DNA of 64,000 bases, taken from sequence record OR228459.1; one strand, written 5' to 3'. The translations under genes were made by a program, and so were the position numbers. Shown piece by piece: positions 55,661 through 63,470 of the stretch. Within the stretch, counting starts at the first letter, position 1; each line of letters begins with the position of its first letter. The notes under the pieces are model-generated. The model was not told the DNA's origin. It was given only the letters and a program-made list of their open reading frames with translations, and ran no database searches. Origin of the DNA: Klebsiella phage fENko-Kae01.

Positions 55661-55703
55661 TACAGTACTATAATCTATAGATACAATACCGCACCCCGTG
55701 GGC

Positions 55704-55754
55704 TAATGTGTTTTCATGGGTATTATTATGCCAGTACTACAAACATTTGTCAAT
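55704..55754 (-). ncRNA. leaderless mini-ORF (MKTH*) small transcription unit with own promoter
   Basis: Minus strand: TTGACA-N18-ATAATA, TSS at ATG, ATGAAAACACATTAG, then CCCACGGGGTGCGG arm and the bidirectional terminator. Confidence 0.45.
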
Positions 55755-55931
55755 CATTATTTTCAATTAATTTAAACGCACTGTAACACTGTATAAGGCG
55801 TTTTGTTATTAAGGTAAGCAAACGTATTGAGTACTATCTAAAAGGCCGTTGTGGGCTTGCTGGTGGCGTTGTGTTGTAGTATTGAAATATAAGGAAAATA
55901 TAAAAAAGGCTGTCAATGATTAAAAAAGTAC

Positions 55932-55960
55932 TTGACGGATTGATTTAGTACTGTCATAAT
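55932..55960 (+). promoter_or_regulatory. early promoter without downstream ORF (possible sRNA promoter)
   Basis: AAAAAAGTACTTGACG-N17-CATAAT; next promoter 140 bp downstream. Confidence 0.5.
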
Positions 55961-56072
55961 GTATCACATAGAGCGGCGGGATGGATAAACATTCCTAAGT
56001 AGACAGCCAGTAAGTCATACGAAAGACTGGTGCCGAACTGAAAGAAAGATTGAAAAGAGTTTTAAAAAGTAC

Positions 56073-56101
56073 TTGACAAGCTGGTGGGAAATTGAGATAA
56101 T
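56073..56101 (+). promoter_or_regulatory. early promoter
   Basis: AAAAAGTACTTGACA-N17-GATAAT. Confidence 0.6.
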
Positions 56102-56151
56102 GACCCCGTAGACAGCAAACAACCTAATTAAACTTTAAGAGGAAATATACA

Positions 56152-56739
56152 ATGACTACTACTACTGAAAATGCACGTGTTACCCTGAAATCTGCACTGG
56201 AAGCTGGCGACGTTAAAACCCTTGCTGTTATCCTTGCGAAAGTTGGTCATGATAAAGACGGCGTATCTAAATTGGGCTTGACTTTCTCACTGGCGGTTAA
56301 GGAAGCGAAGGAAGTACTTAAAGAGCAAGCCAAAGCAGCAGAAGAAGCTGCACGTCAGGCAGCAGAACGCCGCGAAGCTAAAAAGGCTGCACGTCAAGCC
56401 GAAGAAGAAAAGCGTCAGGCTGAGATCAAGGCAGAAAAAGAAAATATGCTCAAGTTCCTCATGGATACGGTTAACGGTATGGGCTTAGACCTTGAGGCGG
56501 CAGAAGCGGCAGCAGAAGCGGCAATTGTTAAAAAGTACGGCGATGTTAACAAAGTACCTAAGTATACTTTTAACCGTGTAGCGGTGATTGTAGACGGTAA
56601 AGAATACAACATGCCAACTTCTGGGAACATGGTAGAAGTACTTAAAAATGCACTTGAAGCAAGCGGTAAATCGCGTAAAGAGTTTATCATCGAACACGCG
56701 AAAGACAAGGCAGAAGCGGAAGCGGCATTCGCTGAATAA
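56152..56739 (+). CDS. Ala/Glu/Lys-rich coiled-coil early protein
   Basis: 195 aa; AKAAEEAARQAAERREAKKAARQAEEEKRQAEIKAEKE. Confidence 0.6.
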   Translation: MTTTTENARVTLKSALEAGDVKTLAVILAKVGHDKDGVSKLGLTFSLAVKEAKEVLKEQAKAAEEAARQAAERREAKKAARQAEEEKRQAEIKAEKENMLKFLMDTVNGMGLDLEAAEAAAEAAIVKKYGDVNKVPKYTFNRVAVIVDGKEYNMPTSGNMVEVLKNALEASGKSRKEFIIEHAKDKAEAEAAFAE

Positions 56740-56757
56740 TAACAGTACTAAACTATA

Positions 56758-56784
56758 GGCGGCCTAAGTGGTCGCCTTTTTTTA
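56758..56784 (+). terminator. rho-independent terminator
   Basis: GGCGGCC-TAAGT-GGTCGCC + T7. Confidence 0.65.
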
Positions 56785-56797
56785 ATTGGGGGATTAT

Positions 56798-57058
56798 ATG
56801 GCTGTAGGATTCGCGAAAGACGGGGCAGAACAAGACGAGATTTTAGCGGTCATAAACGCCGCTGTAAGCCACGCAAGGAATCAGATAGGGGATAGTACTA
56901 TTACAAGTAGAACGCACTGCCTAGACTGTTCTAGGACTATTCCTGAGCGTAGACGGGAAGTAGTAAAGGGTGTTAAGTACTGCGTAGAGTGTCAGGCTGA
57001 TCATGATAGTATATTTAAAAGAGATCCGCGTAATTGTTGGCACAGATCTATGAGATAG
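56798..57058 (+). CDS. TraR/DksA-family C4 zinc-finger protein
   Basis: CLDCSRTIPERRREVVKGVKYCVECQ matches TraR/DksA C4 finger; start set at ATG after GGGGGA. Confidence 0.7.
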   Translation: MAVGFAKDGAEQDEILAVINAAVSHARNQIGDSTITSRTHCLDCSRTIPERRREVVKGVKYCVECQADHDSIFKRDPRNCWHRSMR

Positions 57059-57061
57059 TAC

Positions 57062-57118
57062 TTGACATACTTTCTGATTAAAGTATAATGATTTGCATAG
57101 AGGGAAACATCTTCCTTC
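57062..57118 (+). promoter_or_regulatory. early promoter + class A UTR hairpin (variant GAGGGAAACATCTTCCTTC)
   Basis: TTGACA-N16-TATAAT. Confidence 0.65.
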
Positions 57119-57139
57119 ACTAATTAAGGAAATAGAATC

Positions 57140-57412
57140 ATGCGTACACCAATGACCCGCGAAGAAATACACACAGTACTGACAACTAACATTCAGGACT
57201 GGAAGAAATACGCAGATATTAACGAAGCTCAAGACTTGAACAATGAGCTAGATGGTGAAGATCTGGACGTAATTTGTTCCCCTGAGTTTTATGATGATAT
57301 TCATTCCGATGATGATGTTTGGAATGTACTGGAAAAGCATTTCCTCGATACTGATTTAAGTATCTACTCGCGTGATACTTTTATTTTAATTCACAACATT
57401 TATAACAAATAA
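57140..57412 (+). CDS. acidic early protein
   Basis: 90 aa, D/E-rich. Confidence 0.55.
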   Translation: MRTPMTREEIHTVLTTNIQDWKKYADINEAQDLNNELDGEDLDVICSPEFYDDIHSDDDVWNVLEKHFLDTDLSIYSRDTFILIHNIYNK

Positions 57413-57415
57413 TTG

Positions 57416-57472
57416 TTGACTTACTTATATAGTACTGTATAATGGTTTGCATAGGGGGAAACATCTTCCCCC
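57416..57472 (+). promoter_or_regulatory. early promoter + class A UTR hairpin
   Basis: TTGACT-N16-TATAAT; GGGGGAAACATCTTCCCCC. Confidence 0.65.
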
Positions 57473-57491
57473 ATCAATTAAGGAAAAGAAA

Positions 57492-57701
57492 ATGACTCGA
57501 TACACTGTAGAAGTACGTACTACTAAAAACATTGCTACTGATGTGATTCGTTATTATAAGATGGTTTGTGGTGTTGCTCGCCGTATTAGTAAAGCGGATT
57601 ATGACAAGCTGGATCGCGAAGCTGATGGTATGGATTGTTTTTATACAGTAAACACAAAAACGCATACAAAGCAATTTAAAACATTGTCTTATTACATGTA
57701 A
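57492..57701 (+). CDS. hypothetical early protein
   Basis: ATG after AAGGAAAAGAAA leader. Confidence 0.55.
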   Translation: MTRYTVEVRTTKNIATDVIRYYKMVCGVARRISKADYDKLDREADGMDCFYTVNTKTHTKQFKTLSYYM

Positions 57702-57719
57702 AAAGTTTTACTCCAGTAC

Positions 57720-57748
57720 TTGACAATAGATGCGAGTACTGGCATAAT
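57720..57748 (+). promoter_or_regulatory. early promoter, class B UTR
   Basis: TTGACA-N17-CATAAT. Confidence 0.6.
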
Positions 57749-57784
57749 AACTTTATTGAAACGAAATACTATTAAGGAAATATC

Positions 57785-57832
57785 ATGGCTAATCTCATTG
57801 TTCGATTGTATGAAGATTGTTTCTACTTTTAG
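57785..57832 (+). CDS. 15-codon mini-ORF (MANLIVRLYEDCFYF) at consensus early start site
   Basis: Occupies position of a normal early gene start after ATTAAGGAAATATC; shares MAN start with gene at 58259. Confidence 0.3.
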   Translation: MANLIVRLYEDCFYF

Positions 57833-57862
57833 TATTGTGGGAAACCTATATCCGTTAAAGAG

Positions 57863-58174
57863 ATGATCGCATCGGGCTATATGTTATCTAAGCATGATCA
57901 CACTGGATTCATGGCTGAAATGGTTGCGGCTAGTTATAAGTTTGGTGAAGAATGGGAAGCACAATATTTTCCGGCTGTCAATGCAATGATTAAGCGGTTG
58001 GCAGAACACACTGAGTTTATGGAATTTTGGACTGTTTTAAAAATGGTTGACGTGAATCAGAATGGGGAAACGTGTCAGCCATACGCACATTTTGACGCTG
58101 GGGAAGATATTAGCACAATTTGGAAATGGTTGGAAGATAAATTTACAACAATTAAAATTGCAGATTACTTGTAA
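57863..58174 (+). CDS. hypothetical early protein
   Basis: 103 aa, AAAGAG RBS. Confidence 0.5.
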   Translation: MIASGYMLSKHDHTGFMAEMVAASYKFGEEWEAQYFPAVNAMIKRLAEHTEFMEFWTVLKMVDVNQNGETCQPYAHFDAGEDISTIWKWLEDKFTTIKIADYL

Positions 58175-58180
58175 AAGTAC

Positions 58181-58239
58181 TTGCATTACTATCTGAAAAG
58201 CGTATAATGGTTTGCATAGGGGGAAACATCTTCCCCCAC
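58181..58239 (+). promoter_or_regulatory. early promoter + class A UTR hairpin
   Basis: TTGCAT-N16-TATAAT; GGGGGAAACATCTTCCCCC. Confidence 0.65.
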
Positions 58240-58258
58240 TAACTAAGAGAAGAATATC

Positions 58259-58639
58259 ATGGCTAATCAAATCACTCCAGCACAGACCTTCAATAAATTC
58301 AGTACTGAAATCGTATTGAAAGAGTATGTGCCAGATTATGGTTGGACTGATGCATGTGTATGCACTGATGTAGCAGATGCAAAGCAACGCATTAAAGATT
58401 ATCGTGCGGAGGGTTTACAGGTTAAAACTGCCCGTCGCCGTGTACTTAACAAAGATGCTTTCTTATGTCAAGCTCTTTTAAACTTCTGCCGTGACTACTA
58501 TCGCCGTACTGGTGGATTATGGCCTAATGAGGTTGAAGTACTGAAATCTAACGGTAAAGTAAAATTTACCTTGACTTTAAAAGAAATTGAGGAAGTACTT
58601 GGTGATGATTGTTTTTTAGTAACTTCACAGCCAGCATAA
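58259..58639 (+). CDS. hypothetical early protein
   Basis: 126 aa. Confidence 0.6.
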   Translation: MANQITPAQTFNKFSTEIVLKEYVPDYGWTDACVCTDVADAKQRIKDYRAEGLQVKTARRRVLNKDAFLCQALLNFCRDYYRRTGGLWPNEVEVLKSNGKVKFTLTLKEIEEVLGDDCFLVTSQPA

Positions 58640-58647
58640 AAAAGTAC

Positions 58648-58681
58648 TTGACACATAACGGGGATATGATACAATATCCCC
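58648..58681 (+). promoter_or_regulatory. early promoter with -10 (TACAAT) in loop of GGGGATAT/ATATCCCC hairpin
   Basis: TTGACA-N16-TACAAT; 8-bp perfect stem. Confidence 0.55.
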
Positions 58682-58708
58682 ATATTGAAAAGTAATGGAA
58701 GTACTGAA

Positions 58709-58900
58709 ATGAATTATCAAAAGGTTAGCAAGCGAGTAGTTGAACTCTCTAAGAAAGCACGTAAAGAGTATACCTTAGAACGTTCAATTAACAACTATCA
58801 TTTAAAGCAAGGTGATAAGTTTATTGTTATTGACGAACCTTTGGAAATCGTGTATATTGTAGTTAATGCGATGATTCGTGATAAAACGAGGATTAAGTAA
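58709..58900 (+). CDS. hypothetical early protein
   Basis: Start set to ATG (MNYQKVSK...); ORF-track start is TTG. Confidence 0.5.
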   Translation: MNYQKVSKRVVELSKKARKEYTLERSINNYHLKQGDKFIVIDEPLEIVYIVVNAMIRDKTRIK

Positions 58901-59155
58901 ATGCGTACATTAGACCAACTTATTGACCCTAATACGTCAGCACGTCGATCAATGGTTACTATCGGCGGTAATGGTAAACAACACTGGAGTGGTTACATTT
59001 GCTTTATTGTTGGTGGAAAAATGTATGAGCGGGTAGTATATCACAAAGAGATTAATTATATACTATTCCGTAAAGAAGTCATAGCAGTCGATCCTACCGC
59101 CCTAAAACCGATTGCAGGGGCATGGAACAAAGAATCGCTGTACCTTACAGCTTAA
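58901..59155 (+). CDS. hypothetical protein
   Basis: TAAATG junction, 84 aa. Confidence 0.5.
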   Translation: MRTLDQLIDPNTSARRSMVTIGGNGKQHWSGYICFIVGGKMYERVVYHKEINYILFRKEVIAVDPTALKPIAGAWNKESLYLTA

Positions 59156-59204
59156 CCAATAAAAGGCCGCTACGTGCGGCCTATCGCGTTCTAGAGGGTA
59201 TATT

Positions 59205-59393
59205 ATGAATACTGTACAAGTACTAGATGAGATTGAAAAAATTGTTGACAGTACTAACAAACGTGATATACTGTTATCAAGAAATAAGGCTAACCAGTAC
59301 GAAAAGAATTGCGTACAATCTGCACTAGGGGGTAACTTTGAATCGCTACACTCAACCATACTTCAAGGGAATAACAACCGCCCACCAGCGTAA
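59205..59393 (+). CDS. hypothetical protein
   Basis: 62 aa, GAGGGTATATTATG RBS. Confidence 0.4.
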   Translation: MNTVQVLDEIEKIVDSTNKRDILLSRNKANQYEKNCVQSALGGNFESLHSTILQGNNNRPPA

Positions 59394-59595
59394 AAAGAAA
59401 CTACACATAGTACAGAAACGAAAGCGTAAAGTACTTAAACTTAAACCAACATATAGTTGGGGATTGTCGTGGGATGAAATCAATCACGGACTATCATGGA
59501 ATCAATTATATGTTATTGGCTCAAGTGTTGGACGCTTTCATTTTAGTACTATATCACGACAAGAAACACGTGTAAACCCATATAAAAGTACTTGA
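59338..59595 (+). CDS. very basic small protein, +1-frame overlap with upstream ORF
   Basis: 85 aa, K/R-rich; 56-nt overlap around CTAGGGGGTAAC. Confidence 0.3.
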   Translation: MNRYTQPYFKGITTAHQRKKKLHIVQKRKRKVLKLKPTYSWGLSWDEINHGLSWNQLYVIGSSVGRFHFSTISRQETRVNPYKST

Positions 59596-59633
59596 CATAT
59601 ATCCGGCTTAGTGAGATAATACTTACAAGCCGG
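59592..59633 (+). promoter_or_regulatory. early promoter with -10 (GATAAT) in loop of CCGGCTT/AAGCCGG hairpin
   Basis: TTGACA-N17-GATAAT; no ORF downstream. Confidence 0.55.
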
Positions 59634-59646
59634 AGAAACGGCGTGA

Positions 59647-59726
59647 CCCATAGGGTGCGAAGAAGTAATCAGTACTTGAGAATGATAATCATTTACAACA
59701 CTAGACAGATTTATGCACCCGATGGG
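59647..59726 (-). ncRNA. IR-element (minus orientation): CCCATCGGGTGCA ... AATGATTATCATT ... CGCACCCTATGGG
   Basis: Homolog of 53371-53458; downstream of leaderless mini-ORF on minus strand. Confidence 0.45.
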
Positions 59727-59776
59727 TTAGATTGTTTTCATGCATATATAATATCAAAGTACTGTTATAGTGTCAA
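59727..59776 (-). ncRNA. leaderless mini-ORF (MKTI*) unit with own promoter
   Basis: Minus strand TTGACA-N17-TATTAT, TSS at ATG, ATGAAAACAATCTAA. Confidence 0.45.
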
Positions 59777-59810
59777 GCATTTTTATTTGATAATTATTTT
59801 AAAAAAAGTC

Positions 59811-59838
59811 TTGCATTACTTTCTGAATAACGTATAAT
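59811..59838 (+). promoter_or_regulatory. early promoter, class B UTR
   Basis: TTGCAT-N16-TATAAT. Confidence 0.6.
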
Positions 59839-59869
59839 ACTTACATCAACCACTGAGAGGAAAGAAACA

Positions 59870-60241
59870 ATGTCTATTAAGCGTATTGTATTTGGTCGCG
59901 GTGCAAGTGAAGAAGTAGTACCTGTTGAACTGATCGCGATGTTAAATGAAATGATTCGCCGTGGTGATATTAATTTTAGTCCTGATGTAATGCCTTATGC
60001 GATTTCGTATGAGGTGCGTAAAAGTCCTAAGTACTGGAAGATTGACCGTGTAGAATTGGACAAAGAAACCGGAGAGATTCGCGAGTTTGGGCGTAGTTCT
60101 GTTGGTGCTGTAGATTTTGAAGGGAACGTGTTTAAATCTGCCAGCTATAAAGCCGTTGCTAAGGGTATCCGTGGAAACATCTTTGTTAACAATGGTTTTA
60201 GTGCAATTACTGGTGACGGATATATTCGTTATTTAAATTAA
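59870..60241 (+). CDS. hypothetical early protein
   Basis: 123 aa. Confidence 0.6.
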   Translation: MSIKRIVFGRGASEEVVPVELIAMLNEMIRRGDINFSPDVMPYAISYEVRKSPKYWKIDRVELDKETGEIREFGRSSVGAVDFEGNVFKSASYKAVAKGIRGNIFVNNGFSAITGDGYIRYLN

Positions 60242-60247
60242 AAAGTA

Positions 60248-60308
60248 CTTGCAAAGTAATCTGATTAGCGTATAATGTTTTACATAGAGAGGGGAAATAG
60301 TTTCCCCT
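60248..60308 (+). promoter_or_regulatory. early promoter + class A UTR hairpin (covariant GAGGGGAAA-TAG-TTTCCCCTC)
   Basis: TTGCAA-N16-TATAAT; compensatory base changes preserve stem. Confidence 0.65.
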
Positions 60309-60328
60309 CCATATTAAGGAAAAGTATC

Positions 60329-60565
60329 ATGGCACAGAAAATCACTCGCGATAACGTAGAATTTTACATTGATATCCTGAATACTAAACTTGAAAAGATG
60401 GGTGCTCCACTACGTTACAAAATGATCCCTGTTGCTGGTGGTTATGAGTTGCAAAAGTACAAGGGTGATATTCAGGTTGATTATTGTGTATCTGGTCAAA
60501 AACTCCGTGAAGTTTATGAGATTGTACGTTTTGCAGCTAACATGATTTCGGATAACGTGAAGTAA
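60329..60565 (+). CDS. hypothetical early protein
   Basis: Start set to ATG after leader (MAQKITRDNV...). Confidence 0.55.
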   Translation: MAQKITRDNVEFYIDILNTKLEKMGAPLRYKMIPVAGGYELQKYKGDIQVDYCVSGQKLREVYEIVRFAANMISDNVK

Positions 60566-60584
60566 TTATTATCAAAAAGTACTA

Positions 60585-60613
60585 TTGACAGAAACATGAT
60601 AGTACTTTATAAT
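60585..60613 (+). promoter_or_regulatory. early promoter, class B UTR
   Basis: TTGACA-N17-TATAAT. Confidence 0.6.
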
Positions 60614-60645
60614 ACTTACATCAATTAAGCAAAGAGGAAAACAAA

Positions 60646-60951
60646 ATGCAAATGTCTAACCTGTATGTAGCTCACATCACTATGCGTCATGGTGAATATG
60701 AAACACTGGTTAAACGTCTGATTATTGCTAAGAGTTTAGCAGAGGCAGAATTATACGCCTATGAAGAAGGGATGGCAACATTTGACGGTAGCGAATTAGA
60801 AGATAAATCCAGCTATCAAGAAGCGGATCAACCTCATACGTGGTATTTCTCAGGCGGGGATTGGTGCGTTACTCTTAATGCAGTTACATGGATTGAGGAT
60901 CGCGAAACAGCTAAAGTAATTGCTAAATCTGATTTACTGTCTTATCTGTAA
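60646..60951 (+). CDS. hypothetical early protein
   Basis: 101 aa. Confidence 0.55.
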   Translation: MQMSNLYVAHITMRHGEYETLVKRLIIAKSLAEAELYAYEEGMATFDGSELEDKSSYQEADQPHTWYFSGGDWCVTLNAVTWIEDRETAKVIAKSDLLSYL

Positions 60952-60957
60952 AAGTAC

Positions 60958-60990
60958 TTGACAACCTTTCGGGGGTAGGATATACTATCC
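60958..60990 (+). promoter_or_regulatory. early promoter with -10 (TATACT) inside GGATA/TATCC hairpin
   Basis: TTGACA-N17-TATACT. Confidence 0.55.
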
Positions 60991-61018
60991 CCATCAATTA
61001 AGCAAAGAGAGAAACAAA

Positions 61019-61429
61019 ATGTTTAAAATTACTAGCGTAGAAAAAAGCGGCGATTCCATGATTGTAAGTGCTTTCTGGAATGATGCTTGTCAAGTATCTA
61101 TTAGCTTTAATCAAATGGGCGTAGTACAATCCTGTACTTTCGCAGAGGATACCAAAGAGCGAGCACAATTAGAAGATCATGCACGTTCGGTAATTAAATT
61201 CAATATTCCTATTGAAATGGAACCTAATATCATTTATACTGATGATCAGGTCGAGCAAATGAAACGTTGGTATGAATCTTTGATTAAAGCGGAAAAGGTC
61301 ATTGCAGAAATGGATCAATGTATCGTTGAAGCTGATTGGTTATCTGATATGTTCGGGCAAACATCCGGTAGCATTATTGATGCCCTGTTTAATGTTCGTG
61401 CGGCGTTAGATCCTCGCATCAATCAATAA
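61019..61429 (+). CDS. hypothetical early protein
   Basis: 136 aa. Confidence 0.6.
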   Translation: MFKITSVEKSGDSMIVSAFWNDACQVSISFNQMGVVQSCTFAEDTKERAQLEDHARSVIKFNIPIEMEPNIIYTDDQVEQMKRWYESLIKAEKVIAEMDQCIVEADWLSDMFGQTSGSIIDALFNVRAALDPRINQ

Positions 61430-61432
61430 AGA

Positions 61433-61472
61433 AAAAAGGGGTTGACTTCGGTCGCCCCTTTTGTTATTATAT
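61433..61472 (+). promoter_or_regulatory. UUCG-hairpin terminator/promoter element (GGGGTTGAC-TTCG-GTCGCCCC, TATTAT)
   Basis: Only copy in the early region; stem has compensatory changes. Confidence 0.6.
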
Positions 61473-61548
61473 AGTCATTGGCAGATAAGCTACTAACCCA
61501 TAGGGTGCAATAGTCTGTCTGTAGTATTTTAGTACTGAAAAATAGTTC

Positions 61549-61576
61549 TTGCTTTTATGTGCTGGTGGTGTATAAT
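61549..61576 (+). promoter_or_regulatory. promoter with weak -35 (TTGCTT) and TATAAT
   Basis: UTR ACTTGTATTGAAAC... shared with promoter at 63471. Confidence 0.45.
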
Positions 61577-61606
61577 ACTTGTATTGAAACAAACGAGGGT
61601 TCAATT

Positions 61607-61768
61607 ATGGAACATGATTTTGATTCATCGGATTTTGAGTTGGCTAGTGATTATGCATGGCATCTTATGCAAAAAGAAGGTAAATCCGAAACTGATGCAT
61701 TAATGCAGGCGGCTAACCAATATAATATTAATTACGTATCATTACAAGGATATTGGGATCAAGCATAA
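61607..61768 (+). CDS. small hypothetical protein
   Basis: Start set to ATG after GAGGGTTCAATT. Confidence 0.5.
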   Translation: MEHDFDSSDFELASDYAWHLMQKEGKSETDALMQAANQYNINYVSLQGYWDQA

Positions 61769-61775
61769 AAAGTAC

Positions 61776-61832
61776 TTGCATTACATATTCAGTACTGTAT
61801 AATGGTTTGCATAGGGAAAAACAACTTCCCCC
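61776..61832 (+). promoter_or_regulatory. early promoter + class A UTR hairpin (variant GGGAAAAACAACTTCCC)
   Basis: TTGCAT-N16-TATAAT. Confidence 0.65.
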
Positions 61833-61852
61833 ACTAATTAAGGAAATGAATT

Positions 61853-62317
61853 ATGAATAGCATCCAGTTCGTAGAAGCCATTGAAAAAGAATTCCTGTCA
61901 GTATTTCCTAACGGTTTCTTTATTGCCCGACCTTTACCGTTGGGCGGTGATGTAGGGATCACTATGGGACTGACTCGCGAACAGGCCGATTGTCCTCATA
62001 ATATCCGTGATAATGATCGTATGCGTATGACCTTCGCGATCCACGGTATGAAGTTTGGGGATAGTGAAGATTATAACGACAAGTTAATTATGGAACCGTA
62101 CTATTCAGCGATTAGCACGATTCCACGCAAGCCATACTACGCTATGGGACACGATAAGATCAAGACACGCAAAACCACTAACACGCCGGAAAAATTGATT
62201 GTAACGCTTTCTAAGTACATTAAAACCGCAGGGCAGCAAGTAAAAGAGCTAGCAGAAGTAAACGAGATTTATCAGCAGGAACAGATTAAACCTCAGTACT
62301 TAGAAATTAACGTGTAA
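61853..62317 (+). CDS. hypothetical early protein
   Basis: 154 aa. Confidence 0.6.
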   Translation: MNSIQFVEAIEKEFLSVFPNGFFIARPLPLGGDVGITMGLTREQADCPHNIRDNDRMRMTFAIHGMKFGDSEDYNDKLIMEPYYSAISTIPRKPYYAMGHDKIKTRKTTNTPEKLIVTLSKYIKTAGQQVKELAEVNEIYQQEQIKPQYLEINV

Positions 62318-62333
62318 TTATTATCAAAAGTAC

Positions 62334-62362
62334 TTTACAAATACAGTAGAGTACTTTATAAT
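62334..62362 (+). promoter_or_regulatory. early promoter, class B UTR
   Basis: TTTACA-N17-TATAAT. Confidence 0.55.
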
Positions 62363-62394
62363 ACTTACATCAATTAAGCAAAGAGGGTTACAAA

Positions 62395-62619
62395 ATGGCG
62401 GCTAAAACTTTTGAACAGTTAAAATGGGTTGCTGGTCAAATCACTGATGATCTGATGTATTCCCGAATGAATGAAGCAGTACTAAAAACCGTTTTCAATC
62501 GCCGGACTAAATCTACTGAAATGGCTACCTTATGCGGCCTTGTATGTGCTAGTGCAATGGAACGTAAAATTAATACAGAAGTAATTGAGCGTTATTTACG
62601 CAACGTACATACTGAGTAA
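62395..62619 (+). CDS. hypothetical early protein
   Basis: 74 aa. Confidence 0.55.
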   Translation: MAAKTFEQLKWVAGQITDDLMYSRMNEAVLKTVFNRRTKSTEMATLCGLVCASAMERKINTEVIERYLRNVHTE

Positions 62620-62635
62620 TTATTATCAAAAGTAC

Positions 62636-62664
62636 TTTACAAATATAGTAGAGTACTTTATAAT
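62636..62664 (+). promoter_or_regulatory. early promoter, class B UTR
   Basis: TTTACA-N17-TATAAT; whole 62320-62395 block duplicated at 62620-62697. Confidence 0.55.
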
Positions 62665-62696
62665 ACTTACATCAATTAAGCAACGGGATTTATACT

Positions 62697-62927
62697 ATGG
62701 ATAATCGTGAAATCATTGCTCAAGTACTGACACGTATTTTAATGTCAACTCGACTTTCACAGGTACGCAACATCACAGCCGCACATGAAAATACATGGCG
62801 TGAAGCCTTAAATGGTAGTAATGCAAGTCAGCTAGCGGCGGATAATAAGCTGAAAGAAGTTATCAAGTCTGCTATGGCAGAATTGAATGATGATGCAGTA
62901 AATTATGTTTTAAATTCTTTCAAATAG
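62697..62927 (+). CDS. hypothetical early protein
   Basis: 76 aa. Confidence 0.55.
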   Translation: MDNREIIAQVLTRILMSTRLSQVRNITAAHENTWREALNGSNASQLAADNKLKEVIKSAMAELNDDAVNYVLNSFK

Positions 62928-62930
62928 TAA

Positions 62931-62987
62931 TTGCATTACTTCTGAAATAACGTATAATGGTTTGCATAGGGGGAAACAACTTCCCCC
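62931..62987 (+). promoter_or_regulatory. early promoter + class A UTR hairpin
   Basis: TTGCAT-N16-TATAAT; GGGGGAAACAACTTCCCCC. Confidence 0.65.
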
Positions 62988-63007
62988 ACTAATTAAGGAA
63001 ATATAAT

Positions 63008-63316
63008 ATGATTGCTAACGTTCAAGCCAACTTTGAAAACCAATTCATCAATGAAATATTGCGACTGGATGATGGGGTCGCACGTATTAACTACGGTTTT
63101 AACTCCGGTGGTTATGAAAGTAACGTGTACTTTTATACTGCTGACGGTGGTACACTGGCAATCGATACGGTAATTGTTGAAATACAAAAAGTAAACTTCA
63201 ATGATGAAAATGATCCACAGTGGTATATCATCGGCTATGACGTGAACTATGAAGATCAAGATCTTTATGACTCACATACAGGCCAGCAAATCATTCCCGC
63301 TTATGGGGATGAATAA
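63008..63316 (+). CDS. hypothetical early protein
   Basis: 102 aa. Confidence 0.55.
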   Translation: MIANVQANFENQFINEILRLDDGVARINYGFNSGGYESNVYFYTADGGTLAIDTVIVEIQKVNFNDENDPQWYIIGYDVNYEDQDLYDSHTGQQIIPAYGDE

Positions 63317-63323
63317 TAACACA

Positions 63324-63353
63324 AAGGGGAGCTAACACTCCCCTGTTTATTTG
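63324..63353. terminator. bidirectional terminator
   Basis: GGGGAG-CTAACA-CTCCCC + TGTTTATTT. Confidence 0.65.
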
Positions 63354-63395
63354 TACAGTACTAAATCATATAGATACAATTCCGCACCCTGTGGG

Positions 63396-63446
63396 TTAGA
63401 TTGTTTTCATGACAATAATTATACTTAAAATCGGGTGACGTGTCAA
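63396..63446 (-). ncRNA. leaderless mini-ORF (MKTI*) unit with own promoter
   Basis: Minus strand TTGACA-N17-TATAAT, ATGAAAACAATCTAA at TSS, CCCACAGGGTGCGG arm, ends at bidirectional terminator. Confidence 0.45.
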
Positions 63447-63470
63447 GCATTTATTTTATTAAAAACGTAC

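Noticed and set aside
59592-59837. 81-aa plus-strand ORF
   Set aside because: Spans promoter, IR-element and a second promoter. No RBS. Covers conserved non-coding elements.
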